From NCBI GenBank assembly GCA_963848625.1, contig CAWKEC010000004.1, forward strand, positions 15,639 through 79,638: a DNA stretch of 64,000 nucleotides, read 5' to 3'. Both the position numbers and the translations under genes were made by a program. The stretch is from an uncultured Alphaproteobacteria bacterium. GTDB taxonomy: Bacteria > Pseudomonadota > Alphaproteobacteria > Rhizobiales > Devosiaceae. The notes under the pieces were generated by a model. That model was given only the letters and a program-made list of their open reading frames with translations. It ran no database searches and had not been told where the DNA came from. Positions 18,506 to 30,200 of the stretch are shown here, piece by piece (position 1 is the stretch's first letter; each line of letters starts with the position of its first letter).

Positions 18506-18750
18506 GAGCAAGTACGATTCGCGACAATCCCCGCTGGACGAAGGCAACGTTTCGGCGTTCCAAACCAGGCAGCGAGCTTCCGGCCGAAGTGCTGGCCGCT
18601 TTCCCTCGGATGCGGGGACCGCAGAAGGCCCCGACCAAAGTGCCGGTCTCAATCCGGCTCAGTCCGGAGGTGGTCGAGCACTTCAAGAGCCAGGGGCCGG
18701 GGTGGCAGAGCCGCATTGACGCAGCCCTGAAGAAAGCGGCTGGACTGCAG
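18498..18750 (+). CDS. brnA: BrnA family antitoxin (frameshift near 18520; 3' end uncertain, frame stays open to 18843)
   Basis: DNPRWT...RGPQKAPTKVPVSIRLSPEVVEHFKSQGPGWQSRIDAALKKA. Confidence 0.88.
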
Positions 18751-18756
18751 CGCACG

Positions 18757-19470
18757 CTACTCCACCGCCACGTCCAGCGCCAGCGCCACCATGTCCTTGA
18801 GCGAGGACTGCCGGGCCTCGGCGTCGATCGAGGCGCCGGTTAAAATGTCGTCGGTCATGGTGCAGATGGTGAGCGCCGCCACCCCGAAGCGCGCAGCGAG
18901 GGTGTAGAGCGCGGCGGACTCCATCTCGACACCGAGAATGCCGTGCGCCGGCAGCCGGCCGTAGCCGGCGAGGCCCGGCTCGAGGTGGTAGAAGATATCG
19001 GAGCTCAGCATGTTGCCGACATGCGCGGTGAGCCCGCGGGCCGCGGCCTTGTCGGCGGCCGAACGCAACAGGCCGAAATCGGCGATCGGGGCGAAGGCGA
19101 ACGGGCCGAACGCGTCCTTGACGATGCTGGAATCGGTCGAGGCGCCCTGCGCCAGGACGATGTCGCGCACCTTCACCTTCGCCGAAAGTCCGCCGCAGGT
19201 GCCGATGCGGAGGAGGCGTTTGGCGCCATACTCGTTGATCAACTCGTGCACATAGATCGAGAGCGACGGCTGGCCCATGCCGGTGGCCTGGACGCTCACC
19301 GGTCGGCCGGTCCAGGTGCCGGTATAGCCGAGGCAGTTGCGCACCGCGTTCACCTGCCGGGCGTCCTTGAGGAAGGTCTCGGCGACCCATTTGGCGCGCA
19401 GGGGATCGCCCGGCAGGAGGACGGCTTCGGCATAATCGCCGGGCTGCGCGGAATTGTGCGGGGTGGGCAT
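18757..19470 (-). CDS. deoD: Purine nucleoside phosphorylase (DeoD type)
   Basis: [31 protein letters not shown]. Confidence 0.95.
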   Translation of the reverse strand: MPTPHNSAQPGDYAEAVLLPGDPLRAKWVAETFLKDARQVNAVRNCLGYTGTWTGRPVSVQATGMGQPSLSIYVHELINEYGAKRLLRIGTCGGLSAKVKVRDIVLAQGASTDSSIVKDAFGPFAFAPIADFGLLRSAADKAAARGLTAHVGNMLSSDIFYHLEPGLAGYGRLPAHGILGVEMESAALYTLAARFGVAALTICTMTDDILTGASIDAEARQSSLKDMVALALDVAVE

Positions 19471-19511
19471 GGTCGATCTCCTCAACCGACAGTATTGGCC
19501 TTCTCTCCTGG

Positions 19512-19592
19512 TGTCATTCCCGCGGAGGGGGAATCCAGGTGGCGAGCACAGGCGGTTAAGACTCCTGGATTCCCGCCTGCGCGGGAATGACA
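19512..19592. repeat. Palindromic repeat doublet, ATTCCC-N8-GGGAAT family
   Basis: tgtcattcccgcgg...gggaatccag / ctggattcccgcctgcgcgggaatgaca; right arm identical to the one at 3067-3092. Confidence 0.9.
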
Positions 19593-19669
19593 TCGGAGCT
19601 GGAGCCGGGTCGGTTGCGGGGCTCTCGCCAAGCGCTTATATCGCGCGCTGGCGCGTCAGGAGGCAGCAA

Positions 19670-20620
19670 ATGGCCCCAAAAATCTTCATCGATGGCGAAG
19701 CGGGAACGACGGGCCTGCAGATCCGCGAGCGGCTGGCTGGCCGGCGCGACCTCGAGCTGCTGCAGATCGCACCCGACAAGCGGAAGGATCATGCCGAGCG
19801 GAAGCGCCTGCTCAATGCCGCCGACGTCGCGATCCTCTGCCTGCCGGACGATGCGGCGCGGGAGAGCGTCGCACTGATCGACAACGAGCGGACGCGGATC
19901 ATCGACGCCTCGAGCGCCCACCGGATCGCGCCCGGCTGGACCTACGGCTTTGCCGAAATGGCGGCGGGCCAAGCCGACGCTATCGCCGCGAGCAAGCGCA
20001 TCGCCAATCCCGGCTGCTGGCCGCAGGGCGCCATCGCGACGCTCCGGCCGGTGATCGAGGCGGGACTCGTACCGGCGGGCTTTCCGGTGAGCGTCCACGG
20101 CATTTCCGGATTCACCGGCGGCGGGCGGTCGATGATTGCCGACTACGAGGCGGCGGGCGAGGACGCCAACGAATTCATGCCGTATGGACTGACCTTCAAG
20201 CACAAGCACCTGCCCGAGCTGCAGCATTACGCCAAGCTCGATAGAACGCCGATCTTCACGCCGGCCGTCGGCAGCTTCGCGCAGGGCATGATCACGCTCG
20301 TGCCGCTGCAGCTCTGGACGCTTGATGGCAAGGTCACCGGCAAGGACCTGCACGCCGCGATCGCCGACCATTTTGCCGGCATGCCCGGCAGCTTCGTCGA
20401 GGTTGCGCCGCTGGTCGAGGCCGAGCGGCTGCCGGAACTGAACCCCGAACTCTACAACGGCACCAATCGCATGCGGCTCCACGTCTTCGCCAATGACGAC
20501 AAGGCGCAGGCCGTGCTGCTCGCGGTTTACGACAATCTCGGCAAGGGCGCGGCAGGGTCCACGGTGCAGAACCTCAATCTGATGCTCGGTGTCGCGGCGG
20601 ATACGAGCCTGGCGGCGTAA
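19670..20620 (+). CDS. argC: N-acetyl-gamma-glutamyl-phosphate reductase (type 2)
   Basis: [28 protein letters not shown]; AGGAGG RBS. Confidence 0.96.
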   Translation: MAPKIFIDGEAGTTGLQIRERLAGRRDLELLQIAPDKRKDHAERKRLLNAADVAILCLPDDAARESVALIDNERTRIIDASSAHRIAPGWTYGFAEMAAGQADAIAASKRIANPGCWPQGAIATLRPVIEAGLVPAGFPVSVHGISGFTGGGRSMIADYEAAGEDANEFMPYGLTFKHKHLPELQHYAKLDRTPIFTPAVGSFAQGMITLVPLQLWTLDGKVTGKDLHAAIADHFAGMPGSFVEVAPLVEAERLPELNPELYNGTNRMRLHVFANDDKAQAVLLAVYDNLGKGAAGSTVQNLNLMLGVAADTSLAA

Positions 20621-20638
20621 TTATCCGCGCAAGCGGCT

Positions 20639-20756
20639 CCCCCCTCATCCGCCCTTCGGGCACCTTCTCCCGCGAGGGGAGAAGGCAATGGAACCGCAAT
20701 GCCGGTGAGGCGTGCCTTCTCTCTTGATGGGAGAAGGTGGCGAAGCCGGATGAGGG
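20639..20756. repeat. RIME/CIR-like repeat, copy B
   Basis: Near-identical arms to 3459-3574 with a diverged centre. Confidence 0.88.
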
Positions 20757-20837
20757 TGGGCCATGACCACCACCGCCGCATTGCGTAACCGCCAGGTCCC
20801 GGTGCATGATGATCCCGGTGCAGATGGGGCGATCTTC

Positions 20838-21338
20838 ATGAGCAATGACAACGCGATGTCGGCGGTGCTGGCTTATTGCGACGGCTTTCCGCTCGACCGC
20901 TTTGCGCCGGGACAGGTGCTGATCCCCGAGGGGCCGGGCACCGACCGCATGTACATCCTCGCGGTCGGCGAGGTTGAGGTGCTGCGCGGCGAAACCCAGG
21001 TGGCGAGCGTTGCGATACCCGGCGCGATCTTCGGCGAGATCGCGGCGCTGCTCGGCGGGCCGCACATCGCGACCGTGCGGGCGGTCGGCGAGGTGACGGC
21101 GTTCCGCATCGAGGATGCGCGCAACCTCCTGATGACCCACCGCGAGATCGGCTTTCACGTCTCGACGATCCTCGCCCGCCGGCTGACCGACGCCACGGCC
21201 TACCTGGCTGACCTCAAGCGCCAGTTCGCCGACCGGCAGGACCATTTCGGCATGGTCGACGAGGTGCTCGACACGCTGGTGCAGCGCCAGCGCCCGGCAG
21301 TAGCCGCCGGGCCGAGCCTCAAGGACTCTCGACTTTAG
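20838..21338 (+). CDS. Stand-alone cyclic nucleotide-binding domain protein (start may be 20856)
   Basis: GQVLIPEG...MYILAVGEVEV...GAIFGEIAALL...ATVRA; no HTH tail. Confidence 0.85.
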   Translation: MSNDNAMSAVLAYCDGFPLDRFAPGQVLIPEGPGTDRMYILAVGEVEVLRGETQVASVAIPGAIFGEIAALLGGPHIATVRAVGEVTAFRIEDARNLLMTHREIGFHVSTILARRLTDATAYLADLKRQFADRQDHFGMVDEVLDTLVQRQRPAVAAGPSLKDSRL

Positions 21339-22125
21339 AGCCGGGCGCACCCATCCACGCCGGCAGTTCCGTCAGCGGGGTAAGCGGCCGCTCGAGCGGG
21401 GCGTCGAGCTTCACGCTCTCGGCGCCATCGAATGAAAACCAGGCGGCCTCGCGCGCGTCGGTGTCGATGGCAATCGAGGTCGGAACCTCGCCGATCTGGC
21501 GGCCGGCATTGAAAATCCAGGTCGCGCCCATGCGATCGACCCACGATCCCTCGCGGGTAAACGGCGCATCGTGGACATGGCCGCAAATGACGAGGTCTGG
21601 CGAATACTCGGCGATCCAGCCGGTGAGCGCGGCGTCGCCATAGTGGCGATGACCGGTGTCGGACCAGGCGATGGGCGAGTTGGTCGGCGGGGCGTGATAA
21701 ATCCAGATCCAGCTGCCATCGCGGTATTTGACGGCATCGGCGAGCTGCCGGCCGATCGCCTTCTGCGTCAGCGGGCCATCCCACCAGGCGCAGGCGGTGA
21801 TCATCGTGCCGTCGATGAAACTCGTATCGCCGTCGCCCGGGATGGCGAGGCGCTTGACCGCATTCATCCACAGCGCCTGCATCTCGCCGTTGGCGCCGAG
21901 GCCGTCGAGATCGTGATTACCCGAGCACACGATGACCCGCGTCAGGCCGCGCAGACGCTTCAGATATTTGAGCACCACCACGATCTGCGTTTCCGCATCG
22001 ACGACGGAATAGATGTCGATGAGGTCGCCCGCGATGACCACGAGATCGTAGGCGGGCGCGACGGACACGACCCAGTCGAATTGCGGCAGCGTGTAGTGGA
22101 GGTCGGACACGACCAGGATTTTCAT
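21319..22125 (-). CDS. Calcineurin-like metallophosphoesterase (Icc/CpdA-like)
   Basis: SDLH, AGDLID, SGNHD, YHAPP and CGHVH motifs. Confidence 0.9.
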   Translation of the reverse strand: MKILVVSDLHYTLPQFDWVVSVAPAYDLVVIAGDLIDIYSVVDAETQIVVVLKYLKRLRGLTRVIVCSGNHDLDGLGANGEMQALWMNAVKRLAIPGDGDTSFIDGTMITACAWWDGPLTQKAIGRQLADAVKYRDGSWIWIYHAPPTNSPIAWSDTGHRHYGDAALTGWIAEYSPDLVICGHVHDAPFTREGSWVDRMGATWIFNAGRQIGEVPTSIAIDTDAREAAWFSFDGAESVKLDAPLERPLTPLTELPAWMGAPGSKVESP

Positions 22126-22235
22126 GGATGCACCAAGGACGCTTTGGCCTAAGCGTAGCTGAGGGCAGGAGGAATGGCCAACGCCGCTTGCAAACTGCGG
22201 GCCCGGAGAGCCCCCGGGTGAGGGGGGCCTTTCTT

Positions 22236-22709
22236 CTAGCCCGTGAGGTCGGCAAGCCTTGCCTCCGCGGCGCGGAGCGCGTCGGCGGGCGCGAGGCTGA
22301 GCAGCAGCCCGCGCTGGCCGGCATTGATGTAAATGCGATCGAACAATCCGGCCGTCTCATCGAGGGCGGTCGGCACGACGCGCTTCTGGCCGAACGGGCC
22401 GATGCCGCCGACCTTGTAGCCGCTCGAGCGCTCGGCGTCGGGCACCTTCATCATCTGCGCCGACTTGCCGGCAAACACCGCCGCGACTTTTTTCATGCTG
22501 GCTTCGGCGTCGGAGGGAATGATGACGCAGACCGGCTTGCCGTCGACCTCCGCCATCAGCGTCTTGAACACTTCGGACGGCGGCACGCCCAGCGCCTCGG
22601 CTGCCGCGAGCCCGACGCGCGGCGCCTCGGGATCGTAGGCATAGGGATGGAGCGTGTAGGCGATGCCGAGCCGGTCGAGCAGCAGCGTGCCCTGCGTGGT
22701 GTGGGACAT
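22236..22709 (-). CDS. ybaK: Cys-tRNA(Pro) deacylase
   Basis: VFKTL, AERSSGYKVGGIGPFGQK, INAGQRG. Confidence 0.92.
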   Translation of the reverse strand: MSHTTQGTLLLDRLGIAYTLHPYAYDPEAPRVGLAAAEALGVPPSEVFKTLMAEVDGKPVCVIIPSDAEASMKKVAAVFAGKSAQMMKVPDAERSSGYKVGGIGPFGQKRVVPTALDETAGLFDRIYINAGQRGLLLSLAPADALRAAEARLADLTG

Positions 22710-22739
22710 GGCTGTTGATAGCGCGGCGGGACTGCGCCG

Positions 22740-23631
22740 TCAGGCGTTATGCGTGCCTTTGATCACGCCGTTATCAAGCGTCGTGAACGGCACGAACGGG
22801 ATCACCTTGCCGTCATAGATGTCGGCACGCTGCACGGTGATGGTGCCGTCGCCGGCGACCGCCTTGGTGACCTTGAGCACGTGCTGGGCGCCGGGCGGCC
22901 CGATCGGGATGACCATGACGCCATTGGGCGCCAACTGCTCGAGCAGCGGTGGCGGAATGTGGTCGATGCCGCAGGTGACGATGATCTTGTCGAAGGGGCC
23001 CGCTTCCGGCCAGCCATAGTAGCCGTCGGCCTGCTTGGTGGTGATCGCGCCGTACTCGGAATAGCCGCGCTGGATCAGCCCGTCATAAATGCCGCGGGTG
23101 CGGGCGGCGAGCGGCGCGATGATCTCGATGGTCCAGACCGTCGGCGTCAGGTTGGCGAGGACCGCCGACTGGTAGCCCGAGCCGGTGCCGATCTCGAGCA
23201 CCTTGTCGCCCTTTTTGATGTCGAGCGTGCTGGTCATCCGCGCCACCAGCCCGGGGCCGGAGATGGTAACGCCGAAGCCGATGTCGAGGAAGTTGACGTC
23301 ATAGGCGTGGATGCGGTTGATCGGCAGGCAGAATTCCTCGCGCGGCACCAGCAGCACGGCGCGCTTGGTGGCATCGCCGAACACGTCGTTGACCCCCAGC
23401 ATCCATTGATAGCGGTCGTAGCGCTCGCCGAGGAACGGCCGGATCCTCGGCGCGGTTCTTGACCATCCAGTCGATGTAATTCTGCTTGGTGTCGATGGGC
23501 GGCGTCGCCGTCCAGTCATAAGGCACCGGCACCGCGGACGGCGCTGGCGGCGTCGCGGCTCGCACGACGCTGGGCAGAAGGGCGCCAGCCAGTGCCGCCG
23601 CCGAAGAGGATATGAACTGTCGCCTGAACAT
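22740..23631 (-). CDS. Protein-L-isoaspartate O-methyltransferase-like protein with a Tat signal (copy 1; frameshift near 23440)
   Basis: MFRRQFISSSAAALAGALL...VRA; DIGFGVTISGP, VLEIGTGSGYQSA, GPFDKIIVT, VMVIPIG, FVPF. Confidence 0.88.
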
Positions 23632-23720
23632 TTGTGCTGATTCCGCGCACCCCGCGCGGGGCGGAATCTAACCGACCCCGCGCGCCGCGCAACAGGTCGG
23701 AATGCCGCGATCACAAGATG

Positions 23721-24158
23721 CTAAAGCGAGACCGCTTCGCGCGCCGCCCGCGCTTCGATCGCCTCCATGTCCTCGTCGGAAAAGCCGAAATGGTGGCCGA
23801 TCTCGTGGACGAGGACGTGGGTAATGATCTCGCCGAGCGTCTCGCCATCCTCGCTCTCGGCCCAGTAGTCGAGGATCGGGCGGCGGTAGAGCCAGACCTG
23901 ATTGGGCAGCTGCCCGGTGAACGGCGTGGCGCCCATCTGCGTCGCGCCGACACCGCGGAACAGGCCCAGAATGTCGAACTCGAACTCGAGCTCCATCTCG
24001 CGGATGGTGTCCTCATCGGGAAAATCGGCGACGACACAGGGGACTTCGCCGCTCAGCGTGCGGAACTCGGCCGGCAGCCCAGCAAAAGCGGCGGCGGCGA
24101 TTTGTTCGAAGTCGTCGAGGGTTGGCGGGGTGCGGTCGGTCCAAGGGTTGGCGGTCAT
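23721..24158 (-). CDS. Zincin-like metallopeptidase family protein (DUF1025)
   Basis: LGLFRG, LYRRPIL, VLVHEIGHHFG (HExxH). Confidence 0.92.
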   Translation of the reverse strand: MTANPWTDRTPPTLDDFEQIAAAAFAGLPAEFRTLSGEVPCVVADFPDEDTIREMELEFEFDILGLFRGVGATQMGATPFTGQLPNQVWLYRRPILDYWAESEDGETLGEIITHVLVHEIGHHFGFSDEDMEAIEARAAREAVSL

Positions 24159-24166
24159 CGTGCCAC

Positions 24167-24250
24167 GCCCTCGTGGTTCGACAGGCTCACCATGAGGGCT
24201 GCCGGGAAGTCAGCGAGGACCTCATGGTGAGCCTGTCGAACCACGAGGGC
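24167..24250. repeat. Perfect 31-bp inverted repeat (REP-like doublet) downstream of leuC
   Basis: gccctcgtggttcgacaggctcaccatgagg (24167-24197) and its exact reverse complement (24220-24250). Confidence 0.92.
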
Positions 24251-24264
24251 CGGGCGTGTCGGAC

Positions 24265-25665
24265 TCACTTCCACTCGCGGATATCGACAAAATGCCCGGC
24301 GATCGCCGCCGCCGCCGCCATTTGTGGCGAGACCAGATGCGTGCGGCCCTTGAAGCCCTGGCGGCCTTCGAAGTTGCGGTTGGAAGTCGAGGCGCAGCGC
24401 TCCTGCGGCTTCAGCTTGTCGGGGTTCATCGCGAGGCACATCGAGCAGCCCGGCTCGCGCCACTCGAACCCGGCAGCCTTGAAGATCGCATCGAGGCCTT
24501 CGGCTTCGGCCTGCGCCTTCACGAGGCCTGAGCCCGGCACGACCATGGCGTTAACCCCGGCGGCGACCGTCTTGCCGGCGACGACTTTAGCCGCAGCGCG
24601 CAAATCCTCGATGCGGCCATTGGTGCATGAGCCGAGGAACACGCGCTCGATGGTGATGTCGGTCATCTTGGTGCCCGGCTTCAGGCCCATGTAATCGAGG
24701 GCCCGGTGCTTGCTCGCGCGCTTGTTCTCGTCGGCGATGTCGTCGGGGTTCGGCACGACGCCGGTGATCGACACGACGTCCTCGGGCGACGACCCCCATG
24801 ACACGATCGGCGGCAGCTTGGCCGCGTCGAGCACCACGACCTTGTCGTACTGCGCGTCGTCGTCCGAGTTGAGCGTCTTCCAATAATCGAGCGCCATGTC
24901 CCACGCCTGGCCTTTTGGCGCGCGCGGCCGGCCCTTGACGTACTGGAACGTCGTTTCATCCGGGGCGATGAGGCCGGCGCGGGCGCCGCCCTCGATGGTC
25001 ATGTTGCAGACCGTCATGCGGCCTTCCATCGAGAGCGCGCGGATGGCTTCGCCGGCGAACTCAATGACGTGGCCGGTGCCGCCCGCCGTGCCGATCTCGC
25101 CGATGATGGCGAGGATGATGTCCTTGGCGGTGACGCCCGGCGGGAGCTTGCCGTCGACGCGCACCAGCATGTTCTTGGCCTTCTGCTGGATCAGGGTTTG
25201 CGTCGCCAGCACATGCTCGACCTCGGAGGTGCCGATGCCGTGCGCGAGAGCACCAAAAGCTCCGTGCGTAGAGGTGTGGCTGTCGCCACAGACGATGGTC
25301 ATGCCCGGCAGCGTAAAACCCTGCTCGGGGCCGACGATGTGCACGATGCCCTGCCGCTTGTCGAAGGGGTCGTAATATTCGATGCCGAAATCGCGGGTGT
25401 TCTCAGCGAGCGTCTCGATCTGGAGCGCGCTTTCCGGATCCGGATTGGGCAGCGAGCGATCGGTGGTGGGGACGTTATGGTCGACCACGGCCAGCGTGCG
25501 CTCGGGCGCCCGCACCTTGCGCTTGTTGATGCGCAAGCCCTCGAAGGCCTGCGGCGAGGTCACCTCGTGGACGAGGTGGCGGTCGATATAAATGAGCGAC
25601 GTGCCGTCCGGGTTGTTCGCGACCAGGTGGTCATCCCAGATTTTGTCGTACAGCGTGCGGCCCAT
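24265..25665 (-). CDS. leuC: 3-isopropylmalate dehydratase large subunit
   Basis: [42 protein letters not shown]. Confidence 0.98.
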   Translation of the reverse strand: MGRTLYDKIWDDHLVANNPDGTSLIYIDRHLVHEVTSPQAFEGLRINKRKVRAPERTLAVVDHNVPTTDRSLPNPDPESALQIETLAENTRDFGIEYYDPFDKRQGIVHIVGPEQGFTLPGMTIVCGDSHTSTHGAFGALAHGIGTSEVEHVLATQTLIQQKAKNMLVRVDGKLPPGVTAKDIILAIIGEIGTAGGTGHVIEFAGEAIRALSMEGRMTVCNMTIEGGARAGLIAPDETTFQYVKGRPRAPKGQAWDMALDYWKTLNSDDDAQYDKVVVLDAAKLPPIVSWGSSPEDVVSITGVVPNPDDIADENKRASKHRALDYMGLKPGTKMTDITIERVFLGSCTNGRIEDLRAAAKVVAGKTVAAGVNAMVVPGSGLVKAQAEAEGLDAIFKAAGFEWREPGCSMCLAMNPDKLKPQERCASTSNRNFEGRQGFKGRTHLVSPQMAAAAAIAGHFVDIREWK

Positions 25666-25734
25666 TTGGCGAAAAGTCCCATCTCGGAAGGGGTTACCGG
25701 AGGCCCGCGTCATAAGCCCGGGCGGCCGGACGGG

Positions 25735-27081
25735 TCAAGCGAGCCGGTCGGCGTGCCGGTTGACGAGGAACGCGCCGAGCAGCGTCGTGTCGAGCCCGAT
25801 CTTTTTGTGCGCGTACCAGGCGATACCGATCTGTGCCCCGATCCGGCCGAGCGTGTTGACCACCGCCGCGCCGATCGCGCCGTAGGCGAGGATCACCGGG
25901 ATCTGGACGATCATGGCGAGAACGATCACCGCGCCGAAGATGCGCACATAGGCGCGCTCGTGACCGGTCATCATCAGGACGATGCGCGAGGGGCCGGTCG
26001 CGGCGTCGAACAGCAGGCCAACCGAGAGGATGACCAGCAGCAACGCGCCTTGTTCATGACTGCCACCGAACAGCGACATCACCTGGTCGCCGAAGAGGAG
26101 GAAGCCGACGAACACCACCAGCGAGAACAGGAAGCCCGCCCAGGCGCAGAGCGCGGTGATCGCCTGCGCCTTCTTCATTTCGCCGGCGTGGAAATGATGC
26201 GCGACCATCGGCGCGACGACCAGCGTGATGGCGAACATGAAAAGCGTCAGCACCCCCGCCGTCCGGAAGGCATTGAAGTAGACGCCGGCGGCCGCGGGAG
26301 TGACCAAGAGGCCGACGAAGATGATGTCCATGTTGAGCGCGGCGCTGTCGAGCACGGTGCCGAAAAAGAACGACCGGCTCGCCGTGCCGTGCTCGCGCCA
26401 GTAGCTCCCGAGCCCCGAGGCGCCGGCGGCGATCTCGTAGTTGCGGGCGCGGGCGAAGACGTATTGGAGGCCGAGGCAGAGCGCGAGGACGGCGGCGGTG
26501 ATGAGGAGAGCGGCCCAGCCCGAAAGCGCAATGCCCGCGACCCAGAGCGCGACGACCACCAGCGGCACCGCGAGCCGCCAGAGCAGGTCGCGCGGGCTGA
26601 GGCCCGCCCACACCGAGCCCTGGGCGCGGAGCGCCGAGCTCCAGTATTCGGCAAAGGCCAGCGGCAGGATCAGCGCGGCGGACGCATAGAGGTGGAGCAC
26701 CGGCCCGGTGCCGTAGGCCCCCGCGAGCGCCGAGGCGGCGACAAGCCCGAACGAGACAACGAGGCCCGCAATGAGGGTGAGCGCGCCGCCCGAGCGCAGC
26801 GCCTCGAGCGCCTTGTCGGGACGCCCGGCAACCATCGCCTCGGGCCAGTAACGCAGGATCGCCGTCTGCTGGCCGAAATTGGCGCCGATGGCAAGGATGG
26901 TCGCGAGGCTGAGCCCGAAGGCGAAATAGCCGTATTCGCCGACGCCCATGGTGCGCGACAGCGCCACGTACATGGCATAGGTAAGCCCCGCCGTCGCCAC
27001 CTTGATGAAAAGCGACACCAGCGACTTGTTGAGCCCCGAGCGGAGGAGGCTCCTGAGGTCGGAACGCGGATTGTGGTCCAT
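25735..27081 (-). CDS. Polysaccharide biosynthesis / Wzx-like flippase (MOP superfamily)
   Basis: About 12 hydrophobic segments; LSRTMGVGEYG, AAAGVY, LMMTGHER, YGAIGAA. Confidence 0.85.
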   Translation of the reverse strand: MDHNPRSDLRSLLRSGLNKSLVSLFIKVATAGLTYAMYVALSRTMGVGEYGYFAFGLSLATILAIGANFGQQTAILRYWPEAMVAGRPDKALEALRSGGALTLIAGLVVSFGLVAASALAGAYGTGPVLHLYASAALILPLAFAEYWSSALRAQGSVWAGLSPRDLLWRLAVPLVVVALWVAGIALSGWAALLITAAVLALCLGLQYVFARARNYEIAAGASGLGSYWREHGTASRSFFFGTVLDSAALNMDIIFVGLLVTPAAAGVYFNAFRTAGVLTLFMFAITLVVAPMVAHHFHAGEMKKAQAITALCAWAGFLFSLVVFVGFLLFGDQVMSLFGGSHEQGALLLVILSVGLLFDAATGPSRIVLMMTGHERAYVRIFGAVIVLAMIVQIPVILAYGAIGAAVVNTLGRIGAQIGIAWYAHKKIGLDTTLLGAFLVNRHADRLA

Positions 27082-27201
27082 TTTTGTCGCTGGACTATGC
27101 CGCCGATTGCTTAAGACGGGGTGCTCTCCCCTCGACAATAGCGAGCGTTGGTCCCACTCTCCCGGCGCCCGACGCCGTCATGGTTAAGGGGGCCATGGCC
27201 C

Positions 27202-30200
27202 ATGGACGCGATCGCTGACAGCAAGCGCCGGCTCACCGAACGCGCCACCGAGCTCAAGCAGACCGAACCCAATTTCGCGCGCTTCATGGCGGCGGCAGTG
27301 GCGAGCGTCGACGCGGACGACCTGAAGCCCTCGGCGACCGAGGCCTTCGAGGCGCTGCTGCGCAAGGCCTATACGCGGCTCGGCAAGCGCGAGGGCAAGA
27401 CCCACCGCATCTATGATTTTCCGCCGGAAAAGCCGGGCGATCCCGACCAGCTCGAGATCTTTTCGGCGGACATGCCGTTCATCGTTGATTGCGTGCTAGC
27501 GGCAATCCGCGCCAAGGGCGGCACGATCCGGCTGATCGCCCACCCGGTGCTGCATCTCGACCCCGAATCCTATCGCCTGCTCGATGGCCCGGCGCCGGGC
27601 GCGACGGCCGAGAGCCTGCTGCTGGTCCAGCTCGAGCCGCTGCCGAGCGCCGAGGCCCGCGCCGCCCTGATCGCCGAAATCGACGGCACGCTGACCGATG
27701 TCGTGCGGGCGACGCGCGCCTGGCAGCCGATGCTCGATCGGCTGCGCCAGGTCAAGGCCGACTGGACCGCGCATCCCCCCAAGGCGCCTGCCCCGCTGGT
27801 CACCGAAGCCGAGAACTTCCTCGACTGGCTCGCCGAGCACAATTTCACCTTCCTCGGCATCCGCGAATACAGGCTCGAGGGCGAAGGGGCCGATGCCAAA
27901 TTCGTGCCGCTCGCCACGCCCGGCCTTGGCCTCCTCGAAGACAAGGACCTGCACTTCCTCCGCGCCGGCACCGCTTATGTCGAGATGACCGACCAGCACC
28001 GGCAGTTCATCGCCGAGCCGGACCCGCTGATGGTCACCAAGGCCAATGTGCGCACCCGCGTCCACCGGCGCGTCTACATGGACTACATCGGCATCAAGCT
28101 CTTCGGCGATACCGGCGCGGTCACCGGCGAACTGCGGGTGCTCGGCCTCTTCACCTCGCGCGCACTCGCCACCGCGCATACCGAAGTGCCGCTGCTCCGC
28201 CGTAAGGTCAGCGAGGTGATGCGCCGCTCGGGCGCCGATCCGGGCAGCCATATGGGCAAGGCGCTGATGGCGGCGCTCGAAAGCTATCCACGCGACGAGA
28301 TGTTCCAGATCGGCGAGGACCGGCTCTACGAATTCGCGCGCGAAATTGCGACCCTGCCCGAACGGCCACGCGTGCGGGTGCTGCCGCGTATCGACCGCTT
28401 CGACAATTTCGTTTCCATCCTCGTTTACGTGCCGCGCGACCGCTACAGCTCGGAGGTGCGCGAGCGCATCGGGGTCTATCTCGCGAAGATCTACGAGGGT
28501 CGCGTTTCGGCCTACTACCCGCATTTCCCCGAGGGCGAGCTGACCCGCGTCCATTTCATCGTCGGGCGCGACGGGGGACGCACGCCGCAGCCGCGGCGCG
28601 ACGAGCTCGAAGCCGAGATCGGCCGTCTGATCCTGACCTTCGGCGACCGCCTCGAAGGCGCGGCAGGTGTCGCGCGGAACATCGTTCCATGGAAGGCGGC
28701 GTTCTCGGCCGCCTACCAGTCACGCAACAGCGCCGCCGACGCGTTGGGCGACATCGACGTGCTGGCCCAGCTCGAAGGCGCGACGAGTCTCGCGCTCAAG
28801 CTCTACGCCCGCGGCGACACGGACGGCGCCTTTGGCCTCAAAGTCTATCACCGCGAGCGGCCGATCCCACTTTCCGACCGCGTGCCGATGCTCGAGAATT
28901 TCGGCTTCCGCGTCATCGACGAGCGCACCTATACGGTGACGCCCAAAGACCTGCCGCAAAGCTTCATCCACGACATGGTGCTCGACGCCGCGGGGATTAC
29001 GCCCGCCGATTTCGCCGCGCGCGCGCCGCTGGTCGAAGAAGCAATCCTTGCCGTCTGGCAGAGCGAAGCCGAGAGCGACGGGCTCAACGCGCTGACGCTG
29101 CGCGCCGGACTCGGCTGGGCTGAAATCGCGATCCTCCGCGCCCTCGTCCACTACCTCACGCAAATCGGCAGCACCTGGTCACGGCCCTACCTGACCCAGG
29201 TGGTGAACCTCCATCCGGAGGTGGCGACTGCGCTGGTCGGCCTGTTCCGCGCCCAGCTCGATCTGAGCTTTGCCGGCAACCGCGACAAGGCGGTGGGTGG
29301 CGCGCATGAGGCGATCACCGCTGCGCTCGACGCCACGGCCTCGCTCGACGAGGACCGCATCATCCGGCGGCTGACCAATCTGGTTGATGCCGCGGTGCGC
29401 ACCAACGCCTTCCAGCGCGACGCCGCGGGGAGCCGCCGCCCGGCGCTCGCCATCAAATTCGATTGCTCCAAGGTCGAAGGTCTGCCGGAACCAAAGCCGT
29501 TCCGCGAAATCTTCGTCTATTCGCCGCGCGTCGAGGGCCTCCACCTCCGCTTCGGACCGATCGCGCGCGGCGGTATCCGCTGGTCCGACCGGCCTGAGGA
29601 TTTCCGTACCGAGGTGCTGGGGCTGGTCAAGGCGCAGCAGGTCAAGAACGCCATCATCGTGCCGGTGGGCGCCAAGGGCGCGTTCGTCCCGCGCATGCTG
29701 CCCGTCGGCGCCGACCGCGACGCCGTGCTGAAGGAAGGCACCGCCTGCTACATCATCTTCATCCAGACCCTGCTGGATGTGACCGACAATCTCGACGGCG
29801 ACATGGTGGTGCCGCCGCCCGACGTGCGGCGCCGCGACGGCGACGATCCCTACCTGGTGGTCGCCGCCGACAAGGGCACCGCGAGCTTTTCCGATACCGC
29901 CAACACCATTGCCACAAGTCGCGGTTACTGGCTCGGCGACGCCTTCGCTTCGGGCGGCTCGAACGGCTACGACCACAAGAAGATGGGGATCACGGCGCGT
30001 GGCGCCTGGGAGGCGATAAAACGCCATTTCAGGGAGATGAACCGCGATATCCAGACGGGACCGCTGAGCGTCGTCGGGGTGGGCGACATGAGCGGCGACG
30101 TATTCGGCAACGGCATGCTGCTGTCACCGGAAATTCGGCTGATCGCGGCCTTTGACCATCGCGATATCTTCATCGATCCCGAACCCGACCAGCGCGCCTC

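Noticed and set aside
22140-22235. Plus-strand hairpin with a T-rich tail as the terminator of a hidden sRNA or mini-ORF
   Set aside because: The RBS-to-ATG spacing is implausible and the stem is short; it could simply act on ybaK. Support is insufficient.
25666-25734. Leucine attenuator upstream of leuC, or upstream of leuD/leuB
   Set aside because: No short ORF with clustered Leu codons was seen in these leaders.
25069-27114. Long antisense ORFs (681 aa here; also 32645-34168, 39043-40773, 43223-44764 and 48557-50311)
   Set aside because: Shadow frames opposite real genes, expected in high-GC DNA; no recognisable motifs.
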